From the NCBI GenBank assembly GCA_963643205.1, contig CAVIJJ010000001.1, forward strand, positions 6,651 through 70,650: a DNA stretch of 64,000 nucleotides, written 5' to 3'. Position numbers and translations under genes: made by a program. Below, one piece after another: positions 8,954-17,875 of the stretch. This DNA comes from a bacterium (lineage in GTDB: Bacteria; Bacillota; Clostridia; Christensenellales; CAG-138). Within the stretch, counting starts at the first letter, position 1. Each line of letters starts with the position of its first letter. The notes beneath the pieces were generated by a model. It ran no database searches. It had not been told where the DNA came from and saw only the letters and a program-made list of their open reading frames with translations.

Positions 8954-11758
8954 ATGAAGGAAAAGTTAAACGAGTTATTCGGCCAAATTCGCTCCCGCGT
9001 TACCAGTGCCTTTGTGCATTCGGCAAGTAAGCGCGGCAGCGGGCACGAGATAGAGGAACTGTTTGTTGAGCGCAAGGGTAACAGACCCTTCGTGCTTAGC
9101 GTGTTTTTCACAACCTGCAAATTCATGCTTGTTGGCTTGGTTTTGCTGTGCTGCGCCGGACTCGGCTTGGTGCTTGGCGTCGCTAAGGCGTATATAGACA
9201 CAACGCCCGAGCTTGACGTAACCCTTCTCACAAAAAGCGACAGAACATCATATATTTACGATACAAACGGCAAGCTTATATCCACCTTCGCGGGCTATGA
9301 ATACCGTGACTGGGTAGATATTGAGGCTGTGCCTGATATGCTTAAAAACGCCGTTATAGCCATTGAGGACGTCAGATTTTATAGGCACAGCGGCGTGGAT
9401 TATAAGCGCCTGTTCGCGGCCGTGGTCGGCTCCTTAAGCGCGTCAAGCGATGCCGGCGGCAGCACAATAACTCAACAACTTGTTAAGAATAAGCTCCTTA
9501 CGAGTGAGGTCAGCTACAGAAGGAAAATTCAGGAAGCGTATCTCGCACTTCAGGTTGAAACGGTAATGAGTAAGGACGAGATACTCGAAGCGTATCTTAA
9601 CGATGTGTATTTGGGCCAGTCCAACTACGGCATGAAGGCCGCCGCCAAGGATTATTTCGGCAAGGAGCTTTCGGAGCTCAGCATACGTGAGTGCGCTATG
9701 CTTGCCGGAATGATAAAAAGCCCGAATAACTATGACCCGAGGCGCAATACATATTCAAGAACGTATACAAGCGGCGAAAAAGCGGGCCAGAATAAAATGG
9801 ATATCACAAATGCCCGCACGGATACTGTTATAAAGCGCATGTATCAGGCCGGCTTTATAACGTATGAGCAGATGCAGACGGCGCTGAACGACAAGGTGTA
9901 TATAGTTGAAAAGCGCCAAAGCAGTACCACCGACGATATGCTATATTTTGTCGAGTACGCCATAAGGGACATAGAGGACTATCTGCTTGCGGAGCGCGGA
10001 CTTCTTGATACATCCGCAAACCGTGCCGCGATAGAGAGCGAGCTTAGCCGCGGCGGATACTCCATATACCTTACCGTAGATACGGAAATACAGCACACCG
10101 TGCAGGATACCCTCGCCAACTGGGAAGATTACCCAACAGTATCCGGAGCGACGGGGGACGATAAAATTCCTCAGGCGGCAGCAGTTGTTATAGACCAGTC
10201 CACGGGAGAGCTCAGGGCAATTGTGGGCGGCAGAGAGGCGCCGGAGGTGCGCAAGGGCTGGAACAGGGCCTATCAGAGCGCAACGGAGGTCGGTTCAAGC
10301 ATAAAACCGCTTACCGTATACGGCCCTGCCCTTGATCTTGGCCTGTCACCGGCGTCGGCCATAGCGAATATACCCGATCCCATAGAGGGATGGGATACGG
10401 AAACCGGCTATCCCGCCATAGGCTCGGAAAAATACGAGGGGATAATTACGCTTCGCCGGGGGCTTGTGTCGTCGCTTAACGTGGCGGCGGCAAGAACCTT
10501 GCTTGAGGATGTGTCGCTCAGCACAGCGGCGGATTATCTTGAAAAGCTCGGCGTGGATTCTTCGCGCATAAAGGAAACCGGAAGCGGACTCGCGTTGGGC
10601 GCGCTCGGCATAACGCCCATAGAGATGGCGGGAGCGTACGCAACCATTGCCAACGACGGCACATATATAAAGCCCATATCGTTCACCCGCGTGGTCGATA
10701 AAGACGGCAAGGTAATACTTGATTCAACCAAGCTCAGAACCGAGAGGCAGGTATTTAAGAGAACCACCGCCTATATGCTTGTTGATATGCTTGAAAATGC
10801 CGTTGAGTCCGGCACAGGCACGGCGGCAAAGATAAAGGGCATAACCGTTGCGGGCAAAACCGGAACCAATTCGGATTACAGCAGCGCCTATTTTGCGGGT
10901 ATAACCGGCTATTATACCGCCGTTGTGTGGGTTGGCTCGGATAACTATGAGTATAAGCTTGAAAGCGGATCTACCGGCGGCAAGGTTGCCGCGCCTATCT
11001 GGCAGGCCTTTATGTCAAAAATACTCAGCGGTCTGCCTGATAAGCAAATAATCGATGAATCGCCTATAGAACTCGGCCTTGTGCAGCGCACGGTGTGCTC
11101 ACTCAGCGGAAAGCTCGCGACTGAGGCCTGTTCGTTTGACGCGTCCGGCCATCTGCCCGTTACCGATTGGTTCGCGAGCGACAGCGTGCCTGTTGAAACG
11201 TGCGATATGCACGTAATGGCCGGTATATGCAAGGTGTCCGGTCAGGCGGCAAGCGCCAATTGTCCCGCCGATCAAATAGAATATCAAAGCGTGGCGCTTA
11301 TTTCCTCCACGTCGCGGTATAAGAAATACGACCCGCTGATACTTGTAAAGTATCTGCCCAATTTGGTTTATACGGATATACCCGTTGAGGAATACGGCTT
11401 GTACACAGCCGCCGGAACCTGCAGCGTGCACTCCTCGTCAAGCTGGGGCGGATCTGTATTCGGCAATGATACCGAGGATGATGCGCAGAACCTTATAGCA
11501 ACCGTGCGCGATTATCTCGCAAAGGTGCAGAATTTGCCGGATACGGATAGGGCAACGCTTGAAAGCTGCATAGAACAGCTGGAGAGCAACTTTGCCTCAA
11601 ACGGCGGGCACGGATTTATACAGTCGTATTACGAAAAGCTGCAGTATAACTACGGCGTTATAAGCTCGGAGTATCCGCCTCCGGCAAGCGTTATAGTCGG
11701 CGGCAATACCGATGGCGCGGACAGCGGCACCGCTACCGGCACTGTGGGAGCGGAATAA
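8954..11758 (+). CDS. Class A penicillin-binding protein (PBP1A family) with long C-terminal extension
   Basis: GT51 motifs AIEDVRFYRHSGVD and GGSTITQQLVKN. Transpeptidase motifs SSIK (SxxK), SLN (SxN) and KTGT. N-terminal TM. Confidence 0.9.
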   Translation: MKEKLNELFGQIRSRVTSAFVHSASKRGSGHEIEELFVERKGNRPFVLSVFFTTCKFMLVGLVLLCCAGLGLVLGVAKAYIDTTPELDVTLLTKSDRTSYIYDTNGKLISTFAGYEYRDWVDIEAVPDMLKNAVIAIEDVRFYRHSGVDYKRLFAAVVGSLSASSDAGGSTITQQLVKNKLLTSEVSYRRKIQEAYLALQVETVMSKDEILEAYLNDVYLGQSNYGMKAAAKDYFGKELSELSIRECAMLAGMIKSPNNYDPRRNTYSRTYTSGEKAGQNKMDITNARTDTVIKRMYQAGFITYEQMQTALNDKVYIVEKRQSSTTDDMLYFVEYAIRDIEDYLLAERGLLDTSANRAAIESELSRGGYSIYLTVDTEIQHTVQDTLANWEDYPTVSGATGDDKIPQAAAVVIDQSTGELRAIVGGREAPEVRKGWNRAYQSATEVGSSIKPLTVYGPALDLGLSPASAIANIPDPIEGWDTETGYPAIGSEKYEGIITLRRGLVSSLNVAAARTLLEDVSLSTAADYLEKLGVDSSRIKETGSGLALGALGITPIEMAGAYATIANDGTYIKPISFTRVVDKDGKVILDSTKLRTERQVFKRTTAYMLVDMLENAVESGTGTAAKIKGITVAGKTGTNSDYSSAYFAGITGYYTAVVWVGSDNYEYKLESGSTGGKVAAPIWQAFMSKILSGLPDKQIIDESPIELGLVQRTVCSLSGKLATEACSFDASGHLPVTDWFASDSVPVETCDMHVMAGICKVSGQAASANCPADQIEYQSVALISSTSRYKKYDPLILVKYLPNLVYTDIPVEEYGLYTAAGTCSVHSSSSWGGSVFGNDTEDDAQNLIATVRDYLAKVQNLPDTDRATLESCIEQLESNFASNGGHGFIQSYYEKLQYNYGVISSEYPPPASVIVGGNTDGADSGTATGTVGAE

Positions 11759-12373
11759 ATGGAAGCTCGGCTAAAGGCGCTCTATGCGGCGGAAAAAGAA
11801 AGGCTTGAAAGGCTTTCGCAATTAGGAAACGGGGATTATCGCAACCCCGTGTTTGGCGAAGGACCTGTAAACGCCAAGGTCATGTTTGTGGGCGAGGCTC
11901 CGGGGCGAGAGGAAGCGGAGGCGGGCCATCCTTTTGTCGGCAAAGCGGGCAGGCAGCTGAACGAGCTGCTTGAGCTTGCGGGTATTGATCGCGGTGAAGT
12001 GTATGTAACAAACGCGGTTAAGTTCCGCCCAACCAAGCCGAGCGCGCGCGGAGCATCAAACCGCACCCCTACGGCGGCGGAACTCGCGGCCGGGGAGGAA
12101 TTACTTAAAAGCGAGATAATGGCGGTTTGCCCACGCGTAATCGCAACGCTCGGGAACAGCCCGCTAACCTCAATATCAAGAATTTCATCTGCCGCCGTTC
12201 CCAAAATAGGCGCGGCGCATGGCAAACCAATCGAAATAGAGTTAGGAGAAAATAAAATTGAGCTTTTTCCGCTGTACCACCCGGCAAGCGGAATATATAA
12301 CAGAGAACTTGTGCTTACCATGAAGGAAGACATTGTCGCCTTAGGCCGGCTTATAAAGGAGGGCATAGAATGA
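11759..12373 (+). CDS. Uracil-DNA glycosylase, family 4
   Basis: FVGEAPGREE motif A, GHPFVGKAGRQLN, and HPA(S) motif B near the C-terminus. Its start abuts the pbp1A stop (TAAATG). Confidence 0.85.
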   Translation: MEARLKALYAAEKERLERLSQLGNGDYRNPVFGEGPVNAKVMFVGEAPGREEAEAGHPFVGKAGRQLNELLELAGIDRGEVYVTNAVKFRPTKPSARGASNRTPTAAELAAGEELLKSEIMAVCPRVIATLGNSPLTSISRISSAAVPKIGAAHGKPIEIELGENKIELFPLYHPASGIYNRELVLTMKEDIVALGRLIKEGIE

Positions 12374-13530
12374 AACGCATAATCGCATTGTTTTTGCTTA
12401 CGGCTCTTTTGTTATGTGTGCCCGGAACAATTGTGAGCAATGCGGGCACAGCAAAGGCGGACGATGCCGGAGAAACTGGCCAGATAATGGCGGATGGCGT
12501 AAATGTTCGCAAGTCGCCGGATAAAGAGAGTGAATCCTTGTGCGAATTGAACTGCGGCGAGGAAGTACTGGTGCTTGCGGAAGACGGCAACTGGTATCGG
12601 ATAAAGCATGGCGAAACGCTTGGCTATGTGCGTAAAGACTATGTGTTCACAAATTCGGCAGGCAGCCGCGGAGCTTACGCTGTAAGCGACGATGTAAAGC
12701 TTATGGGCGCTCCGTCAAACGAATCCTATGTTGTCTGCTCTCTCAGTGCCGGTCAGGGCCTAAAGGTAAAAGCTCTGATAGGAGAATGGTATTACGCCGT
12801 CGTGGATAGTCAGGCCGGATATATTCACAGAACAGGCATTACGGTTTCATCATCAACCCTGGCCGGCACCGGAATGCTAAAGCAGGGTATGACGGGGGAG
12901 GAGGTTACGAAGCTTCAGAAGGCGTTATATGACCGCGGATTCCTTACAAAGGAAAATATAACCGGAACATTTACTTCCCAAACCCGTAAAGCCGTTATGG
13001 AGTATCAGCAGGCCATGGGCCTCTCTGCTGACGGCATAGCCGGAAACGCAACACTTTCAACCGTGTATGACAGTTCAAATAAGCTTGAAAAAGAAAATGC
13101 GGATTATTATAGGCTGAAAGGAACTGTCGTGCTGCTTGATTGGTTTAAGGGCGGCAACGAGTGGCTTAATAAGGGCGCGCGTTTCACCGTTACGGATGTT
13201 CGCACCGGCAAAAGCTTCCGCGCCAGGCGCTTCGGCGGTTGGTACCATGCGGACAGTGAGCCTATAACAAAAAGCGATACGGCGGTTATGAAAAGCCTTG
13301 AAGGCTTCTCCTGGAACCGCCGGCCTATTTGGGTAACGTACAACGGAAAAACCGTAGCGGCCAGCATGCATACCATGCCGCACATGGCGAACCCTACAGA
13401 ATCAAACGGATTTGACGGGCATTTTTGCATACATCTTTATCATTCAAAGGTGCACGCGAACAGCAAAGAATGCCCCAGGCATCAGAATTGTGTTATGGAG
13501 GCGTACAACGCCGGCAAAAAGAGAGACTGA
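12370..13530 (+). CDS. Secreted SH3b-SH3b-PG_binding_1 protein with the same unassigned C-terminal domain
   Basis: Signal peptide. Two SH3b-like modules (VNVRKSPDKES...WYRIKHGETLGYVRKDYV; VKLMGAPS...WYYAVVDSQAGYIHRTGI). PG_binding_1 (VTKLQKALYDRGFL...RKAVMEYQQAMGLSADGIAG). Paralogous C-terminal domain. ATGA overlap with udg. Confidence 0.8.
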   Translation: MKRIIALFLLTALLLCVPGTIVSNAGTAKADDAGETGQIMADGVNVRKSPDKESESLCELNCGEEVLVLAEDGNWYRIKHGETLGYVRKDYVFTNSAGSRGAYAVSDDVKLMGAPSNESYVVCSLSAGQGLKVKALIGEWYYAVVDSQAGYIHRTGITVSSSTLAGTGMLKQGMTGEEVTKLQKALYDRGFLTKENITGTFTSQTRKAVMEYQQAMGLSADGIAGNATLSTVYDSSNKLEKENADYYRLKGTVVLLDWFKGGNEWLNKGARFTVTDVRTGKSFRARRFGGWYHADSEPITKSDTAVMKSLEGFSWNRRPIWVTYNGKTVAASMHTMPHMANPTESNGFDGHFCIHLYHSKVHANSKECPRHQNCVMEAYNAGKKRD

Positions 13531-13535
13531 GATTT

Positions 13536-13763
13536 TCAGTCCTCCTTATCGCTGTTTTCACAAAGCCGCTTTAATCGCTGCCTTAAAGAAAGCCGCCAAG
13601 CTTCGGTGGCTTCTTTTTGTATCTTAATGCGGCCTGTTTCGTCGGTTTCTATTATGTCGCCTTCGGCCGCGTTTTCGGGAAGTTCTTCCCGCCTTATTGA
13701 ATACAGTTGGCCATCATTGTCTATTATCGCGAAATCGCCTTCAAAACGGTCTATGCTCTTCAT
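13536..13763 (-). CDS. DUF3006-like small protein
   Basis: MKSIDRFEGDFAIIDNDGQ...EGDII pattern typical of DUF3006. RBS AAAGGGGG. TATAAT on the minus strand at 13786-13791. Confidence 0.6.
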   Translation of the reverse strand: MKSIDRFEGDFAIIDNDGQLYSIRREELPENAAEGDIIETDETGRIKIQKEATEAWRLSLRQRLKRLCENSDKED

Positions 13764-14148
13764 GTGCATTCCCCCTTTTTATGGTATTATAGCTTATAAA
13801 CGGCGTTTATTAAATAAAAAAGCGAAAAGCGTCGGCGAACGAAAACTTAAAAACGCAGTATCGTGTTTTTGAGGATTACGGCTTCTATCGCTGTCATCAG
13901 TCATTTGCTGTGCAGATAGCCCTTATAGAGTCCATCAGTTCGGATATGTTCAGTCGTTCATACACGATTAAACTAGGCGGCATGGATAAGCAAATCCCTC
14001 TCAGCCGCGATAACTATGCGTCCCTTCGCTCAACCCTGGGGCAGCGGGGCATAAGCATAATCTGAAAAAGAGGATTGCGCAATGCAGGAAGAATACATTT
14101 CCGCCCTTTCGGTATTCCTTATCGCGTACTCATCCTTTTTGGCTGCCT

Positions 14149-14427
14149 ATGAAAATGACGTGGATAGCCAACGCGTTTTCGTCCGTTTCAACGCTTCTTA
14201 CCGTTGCGGAGTCGCTGATCGTAATATTCTTCGGTATTTATCTGATTAAACGGAATTCCCATGCCGTTATGAGCCTTGCCGAGGGTATGAAGGCGGAGGA
14301 CGTAATTCGCCGCACCCAGAATATAACCTGTCACGGCGGCAATTCCTGCCCCAAGGAACTTTCAAAGGCCATCAGAAAGTGTATAGAGGAGGCCAAGCAG
14401 CAACTTGAGCAGGAGCAAAACGCGTAG
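14149..14427 (+). CDS. Hypothetical small membrane protein
   Basis: 92-aa ORF with one TM and a charged tail. No clear RBS and no family recognised. Confidence 0.3.
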   Translation: MKMTWIANAFSSVSTLLTVAESLIVIFFGIYLIKRNSHAVMSLAEGMKAEDVIRRTQNITCHGGNSCPKELSKAIRKCIEEAKQQLEQEQNA

Positions 14428-14513
14428 GCATAAATAAAAAATGATGCCTCCTTTTAATTTTTATTGTATAATGGCATCAGGCAAACAAAAAATATATACT
14501 CTGAGGGTTAAAC

Positions 14514-15794
14514 ATGGATCAGAATATTTATCGAACTTATGTTGAAATACTGAAAGAGGAACTTATTCCGGCAATGGGCTGTACAGAACCTATTTCAATT
14601 GCCTACGCGGCGGCTAAGGCGCGGCAGGTGCTCGGCTTTGAGCCAAAGAGCATTGATGTTGTGGCAAGCCCAAATATAATCAAGAACGTGAAAAGCGTAA
14701 TTGTTCCGAACACCGGTTCGTTGCGCGGCATAGCCGCTGCGGCCGTGGCGGGAGCGATAGCCGGCAGCGCGGATGATGAGCTTCAGGTATTAAGCCATGT
14801 AACGCCGGAGCAGATAGAACTCATTTCAGCCGCTCTTGAAAAAATTCATTGCACCGTAAAATCGTCGGACAACGGCTTTGTTTTCTATGTTTCCGTTAAT
14901 GCGAAAGCGGATGAGCACTCGGCCCTCGTTGAAATAGCGGGGAATCATACCAATATCATTCGTATAGAACGCGACGGGGGACTTCTTTTTGCTAAGGAAT
15001 ACTTAGAAAAAGGCAGCCAATCCCCAAATGATCGCGGCTTATTGAATGTTAAGGATATTATTGAATTTGCGGATTGCGTTAAGCTTGACGACGTGTCGGA
15101 TATACTCGACAGGCAAATAGAGTACAATACGGCAATAGCGGAGGAAGGGCTCAGAAATTCCTGGGGCGCGAACATAGGCAGCATACTTTTGCGTTCTTAC
15201 GGCAACAGCCTTCATAACCGCGCCAAGGCTTATGCCGCCGCCGGGTCGGATGCGCGCATGAGCGGCTGCGAAATGCCGGTGGTTATCAATTCCGGCAGCG
15301 GGAATCAGGGACTTACCGCTTCCTTGCCCGTAATAGTGTATGCTAAGGAACTTGCGGTGGGCAAGGAAACGCTTTATCGTGCCTTGGTGGTTTCAAATCT
15401 TGTAACAATTCATCTTAAAACCGGAATAGGTCCGCTTTCGGCGTATTGCGGAGCTACCAGTGCCGGGTGCGGCGCGGGCGCTGGCATTACTTATCTTTAC
15501 GGCGGCAAATATCACGAAATAGCTCATACCGTTGTAAACGCGCTTGCAATTAACTCCGGCATGATATGCGATGGTGCCAAGCCGAGCTGCGCGGCGAAGA
15601 TAGCTTCCGCCGTGGAGGCGGGATTGCTTGGCATGCAAATGCAGAGCCATGACAGCCAGTTTTATGATGGCGAGGGTATCGTTGTAAAGGGTGTGGAAAA
15701 CACAATTCGAAATGTCAGCAAGGTTGCGCACGACGGTATGCGCGATACCGACAGAATGATTATCAGCCTCATGACTGAGCGTATCGGCAACTGA
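14514..15794 (+). CDS. UPF0597 / L-cysteine desulfidase family protein (serine dehydratase alpha-like)
   Basis: N-terminus LKEELIPAMGCTEPISIAYAAAKAR and a Gly/Ala-rich core are typical of the YhaM/CdsB family. Confidence 0.8.
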   Translation: MDQNIYRTYVEILKEELIPAMGCTEPISIAYAAAKARQVLGFEPKSIDVVASPNIIKNVKSVIVPNTGSLRGIAAAAVAGAIAGSADDELQVLSHVTPEQIELISAALEKIHCTVKSSDNGFVFYVSVNAKADEHSALVEIAGNHTNIIRIERDGGLLFAKEYLEKGSQSPNDRGLLNVKDIIEFADCVKLDDVSDILDRQIEYNTAIAEEGLRNSWGANIGSILLRSYGNSLHNRAKAYAAAGSDARMSGCEMPVVINSGSGNQGLTASLPVIVYAKELAVGKETLYRALVVSNLVTIHLKTGIGPLSAYCGATSAGCGAGAGITYLYGGKYHEIAHTVVNALAINSGMICDGAKPSCAAKIASAVEAGLLGMQMQSHDSQFYDGEGIVVKGVENTIRNVSKVAHDGMRDTDRMIISLMTERIGN

Positions 15795-15827
15795 TTACAA
15801 TTCAGCCAATCGGCTAAATACCGCAAT

Positions 15828-15850
15828 AAAGCCCGCTTGCCGGGCTTTTT
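15828..15850 (+). terminator. Intrinsic terminator
   Basis: AAAGCCCG-cttgc-CGGGCTTTTT. Confidence 0.7.
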
Positions 15851-16133
15851 GTGTACTGACTTCGTCCTATTGCTTGACAAGGTTGTACAATTTAGCTACT
15901 GTACAGCTGGTAGCGATAGCATCACTTGTGGATATGCCGGGCAGGCATTGACCTGTGGTGCGTCCGTTGGCAGGTCGCTGCTTTTTACATTTTGTATGCA
16001 GGGAAAACGGATCGATGTTGAAAAAAACAGATGTGCACCGGGGCGATTCCACCCATATTCTCCCAACGGGGGATGCATTTTCACGCCGGGAAATGCTATT
16101 CTTGCGGCGAAAGAGCAAAGGAGGTGTCCTAAA

Positions 16134-16598
16134 ATGGACCAAACTTCAATAGGTAAGTTCATAGCCCAAAAGCGTAAAGAGCTGAATCTGACCCAGGAGC
16201 AGCTGGCGGAACGGCTCGGCGTTTCAAACAAAACCATTTCAAAATGGGAGAACGGTAAATGCATGCCCGATTATTCAATAGTTGAAGGGCTGTGCGAAGA
16301 ACTGAAGATAACTATTTCCGAGCTGATGGATGGTGAGGAGGCGGAGGATAAAAGCGTTCGTGTGTATGATGATGCGCAGATACTTGATCTTTTAAGGCGA
16401 ACTCAGGAGCTTGAAAAGCAAAAGGAAATACTTAAAGGAACCGTGCTTATTGTAATGGGTGTCGCGTTTCAGGCTCTGTCACATACCATTGGCGGAACGG
16501 ATGTTAAGGATTTCGTGTCGGGCCTTCTGATGGGGCTTTCAATCGCCGAAATGCTTGCCGGAATATGGGTAATAGCCAAAGGATCAATAAAGAAGTGA
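16134..16598 (+). CDS. XRE-family HTH regulator with C-terminal membrane anchor
   Basis: IGKFIAQKRKELNLTQEQLAERLGVSNKTISKWENGK is a classic Cro/C1 HTH. Two C-terminal TMs. RBS AAGGAGG at 16117-16123 supports the ATG at 16134 rather than the ORF-track start at 15837. Confidence 0.8.
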   Translation: MDQTSIGKFIAQKRKELNLTQEQLAERLGVSNKTISKWENGKCMPDYSIVEGLCEELKITISELMDGEEAEDKSVRVYDDAQILDLLRRTQELEKQKEILKGTVLIVMGVAFQALSHTIGGTDVKDFVSGLLMGLSIAEMLAGIWVIAKGSIKK

Positions 16599-16610
16599 GA
16601 GGTTGATATC

Positions 16611-16808
16611 ATGAAAAACGAACCGATGTCCCTTATAATAGCAAGAATTGTTCTCTACTTGGCGGCAATTGTCACTTTAGGCATAGGGTATAAGCAATCA
16701 AACGGCATCTTTTATGGCGTTGGCGTTGCCTGCTTTGCGATAGGATTTATATTGTATTGCTTATCAAAAAGAAAGGGCAAACCAGAACAGAAGGACGATA
16801 ATCAATAA
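16611..16808 (+). CDS. Small two-TM membrane protein
   Basis: 65 aa with two hydrophobic helices and a GAGAGG RBS. It starts 12 nt after the XRE gene. Confidence 0.5.
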   Translation: MKNEPMSLIIARIVLYLAAIVTLGIGYKQSNGIFYGVGVACFAIGFILYCLSKRKGKPEQKDDNQ

Positions 16809-16852
16809 AATCAAGCTCTGTCGGCCGGACGGCTGAATAAATAAAGTTAAGA

Positions 16853-16884
16853 AAGCTCCGTGATTGACTTCTTTCACGGAGCTT
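16853..16884. terminator. Bidirectional intrinsic terminator
   Basis: 11-bp stem AAGCTCCGTGA/TCACGGAGCTT with T-rich flanks on both strands, between convergent genes. Confidence 0.75.
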
Positions 16885-16887
16885 GTT

Positions 16888-17760
16888 TTATCCCTCTCTG
16901 TTCTGCAGATATTCAAGCAAAGTTCGGCTTACCACGGAGCTCGCCGTTTTTGAAAACGCAAGCCCTATAGTCCTGTAGCACCTCGGTTCAAGCGGGCGGG
17001 AAACTACGCCTACGCATCCAAACGCGCGCATTACAAGCTCCTGCGAAATGGTTACGCCAAGCCCGCTGCGCACAAACGCCATAATGAGCGTATCGTCTCT
17101 GAAGTTATAAACTATGTTCGGCTTAACAGGGCATTTAAGCATCAGGTGTTGAATGTCGTTGTCACAGCCGGGCGTTTCAATGATAAGCGGATATCTGAAA
17201 AGCTCGGATAACGATACGCTTTCGTTCGCCGCAAGCGGATGGCCTTGTGGAAGCACGGCGCAGAGCGGATCATCCCTTAGCGGATAGAACTTCAAATCGT
17301 GCGCGACTATGGACGATAAAAATCCGCAGTCCACCTGCCCGTGCGTTATCCAATCACGTATCTCGTCATAGTTGCCGTCAAGTATCTCTATATCGACCTT
17401 AGGATAGTGCTCCTTAAAATACAGCACCGTTTCCGGCATCCAAAGCGCCGTAAAGCTTGAAAAGCTGCCTATGCGCAGCTTACCTTCAACCTTGTGGTTA
17501 ATGTTGAACGCCGCTTGACGAAGCCTTGCTTTTTGGTTGGCCATTTCGCGAATATAGGGCAGGAGTCTGTTGCCGTTGTCGGTCAGCGTTACGCCCCGTT
17601 TTATCCGCGCGAAAAGCTGTACCCCAAGCTCCTCCTCAAGTGAAGCCATCATCTGGCTTATTCCGGACTGCGTATAGCTCAGTGCGTCGGCAGCTTTGGA
17701 GAAACTTCCCGTTTCGCATATCTTCAAAAATATTTCGTATCTGTCCTTTTGTTCTCTCAT
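16888..17760 (-). CDS. LysR-family transcriptional regulator
   Basis: N-terminal HTH (ETGSFSKAADALSYTQSGISQMMASLEEELGVQLF) and a LysR substrate-binding domain. Divergent from the transporter gene. Confidence 0.9.
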   Translation of the reverse strand: MREQKDRYEIFLKICETGSFSKAADALSYTQSGISQMMASLEEELGVQLFARIKRGVTLTDNGNRLLPYIREMANQKARLRQAAFNINHKVEGKLRIGSFSSFTALWMPETVLYFKEHYPKVDIEILDGNYDEIRDWITHGQVDCGFLSSIVAHDLKFYPLRDDPLCAVLPQGHPLAANESVSLSELFRYPLIIETPGCDNDIQHLMLKCPVKPNIVYNFRDDTLIMAFVRSGLGVTISQELVMRAFGCVGVVSRPLEPRCYRTIGLAFSKTASSVVSRTLLEYLQNREG

Positions 17761-17814
17761 AAAGGTCTACCTATCAGTAAAATTAATATACCATAGCAAA
17801 AATATTTGTTTTAC

Positions 17815-17827
17815 TGATATGATATCA
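17815..17827. promoter_or_regulatory. Candidate LysR box (T-N11-A dyad)
   Basis: TGATAT-G-ATATCA is a perfect 13-bp dyad fitting T-N11-A, in the divergent lysR/transporter intergenic region. Confidence 0.35.
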
Positions 17828-17875
17828 TGTGTTATCCTATCGCACAAGAGACTTTGGATGGAAACAGGAGTTATT

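Noticed and set aside
15837-16133. 99-codon in-frame N-terminal extension of the XRE regulator given by the ORF track.
   Set aside because: The strong AAGGAGG RBS precedes the internal ATG at 16134, and the HTH starts right after that ATG. The extension begins inside the upstream gene's terminator region and has an implausible Cys/Gly-rich composition.
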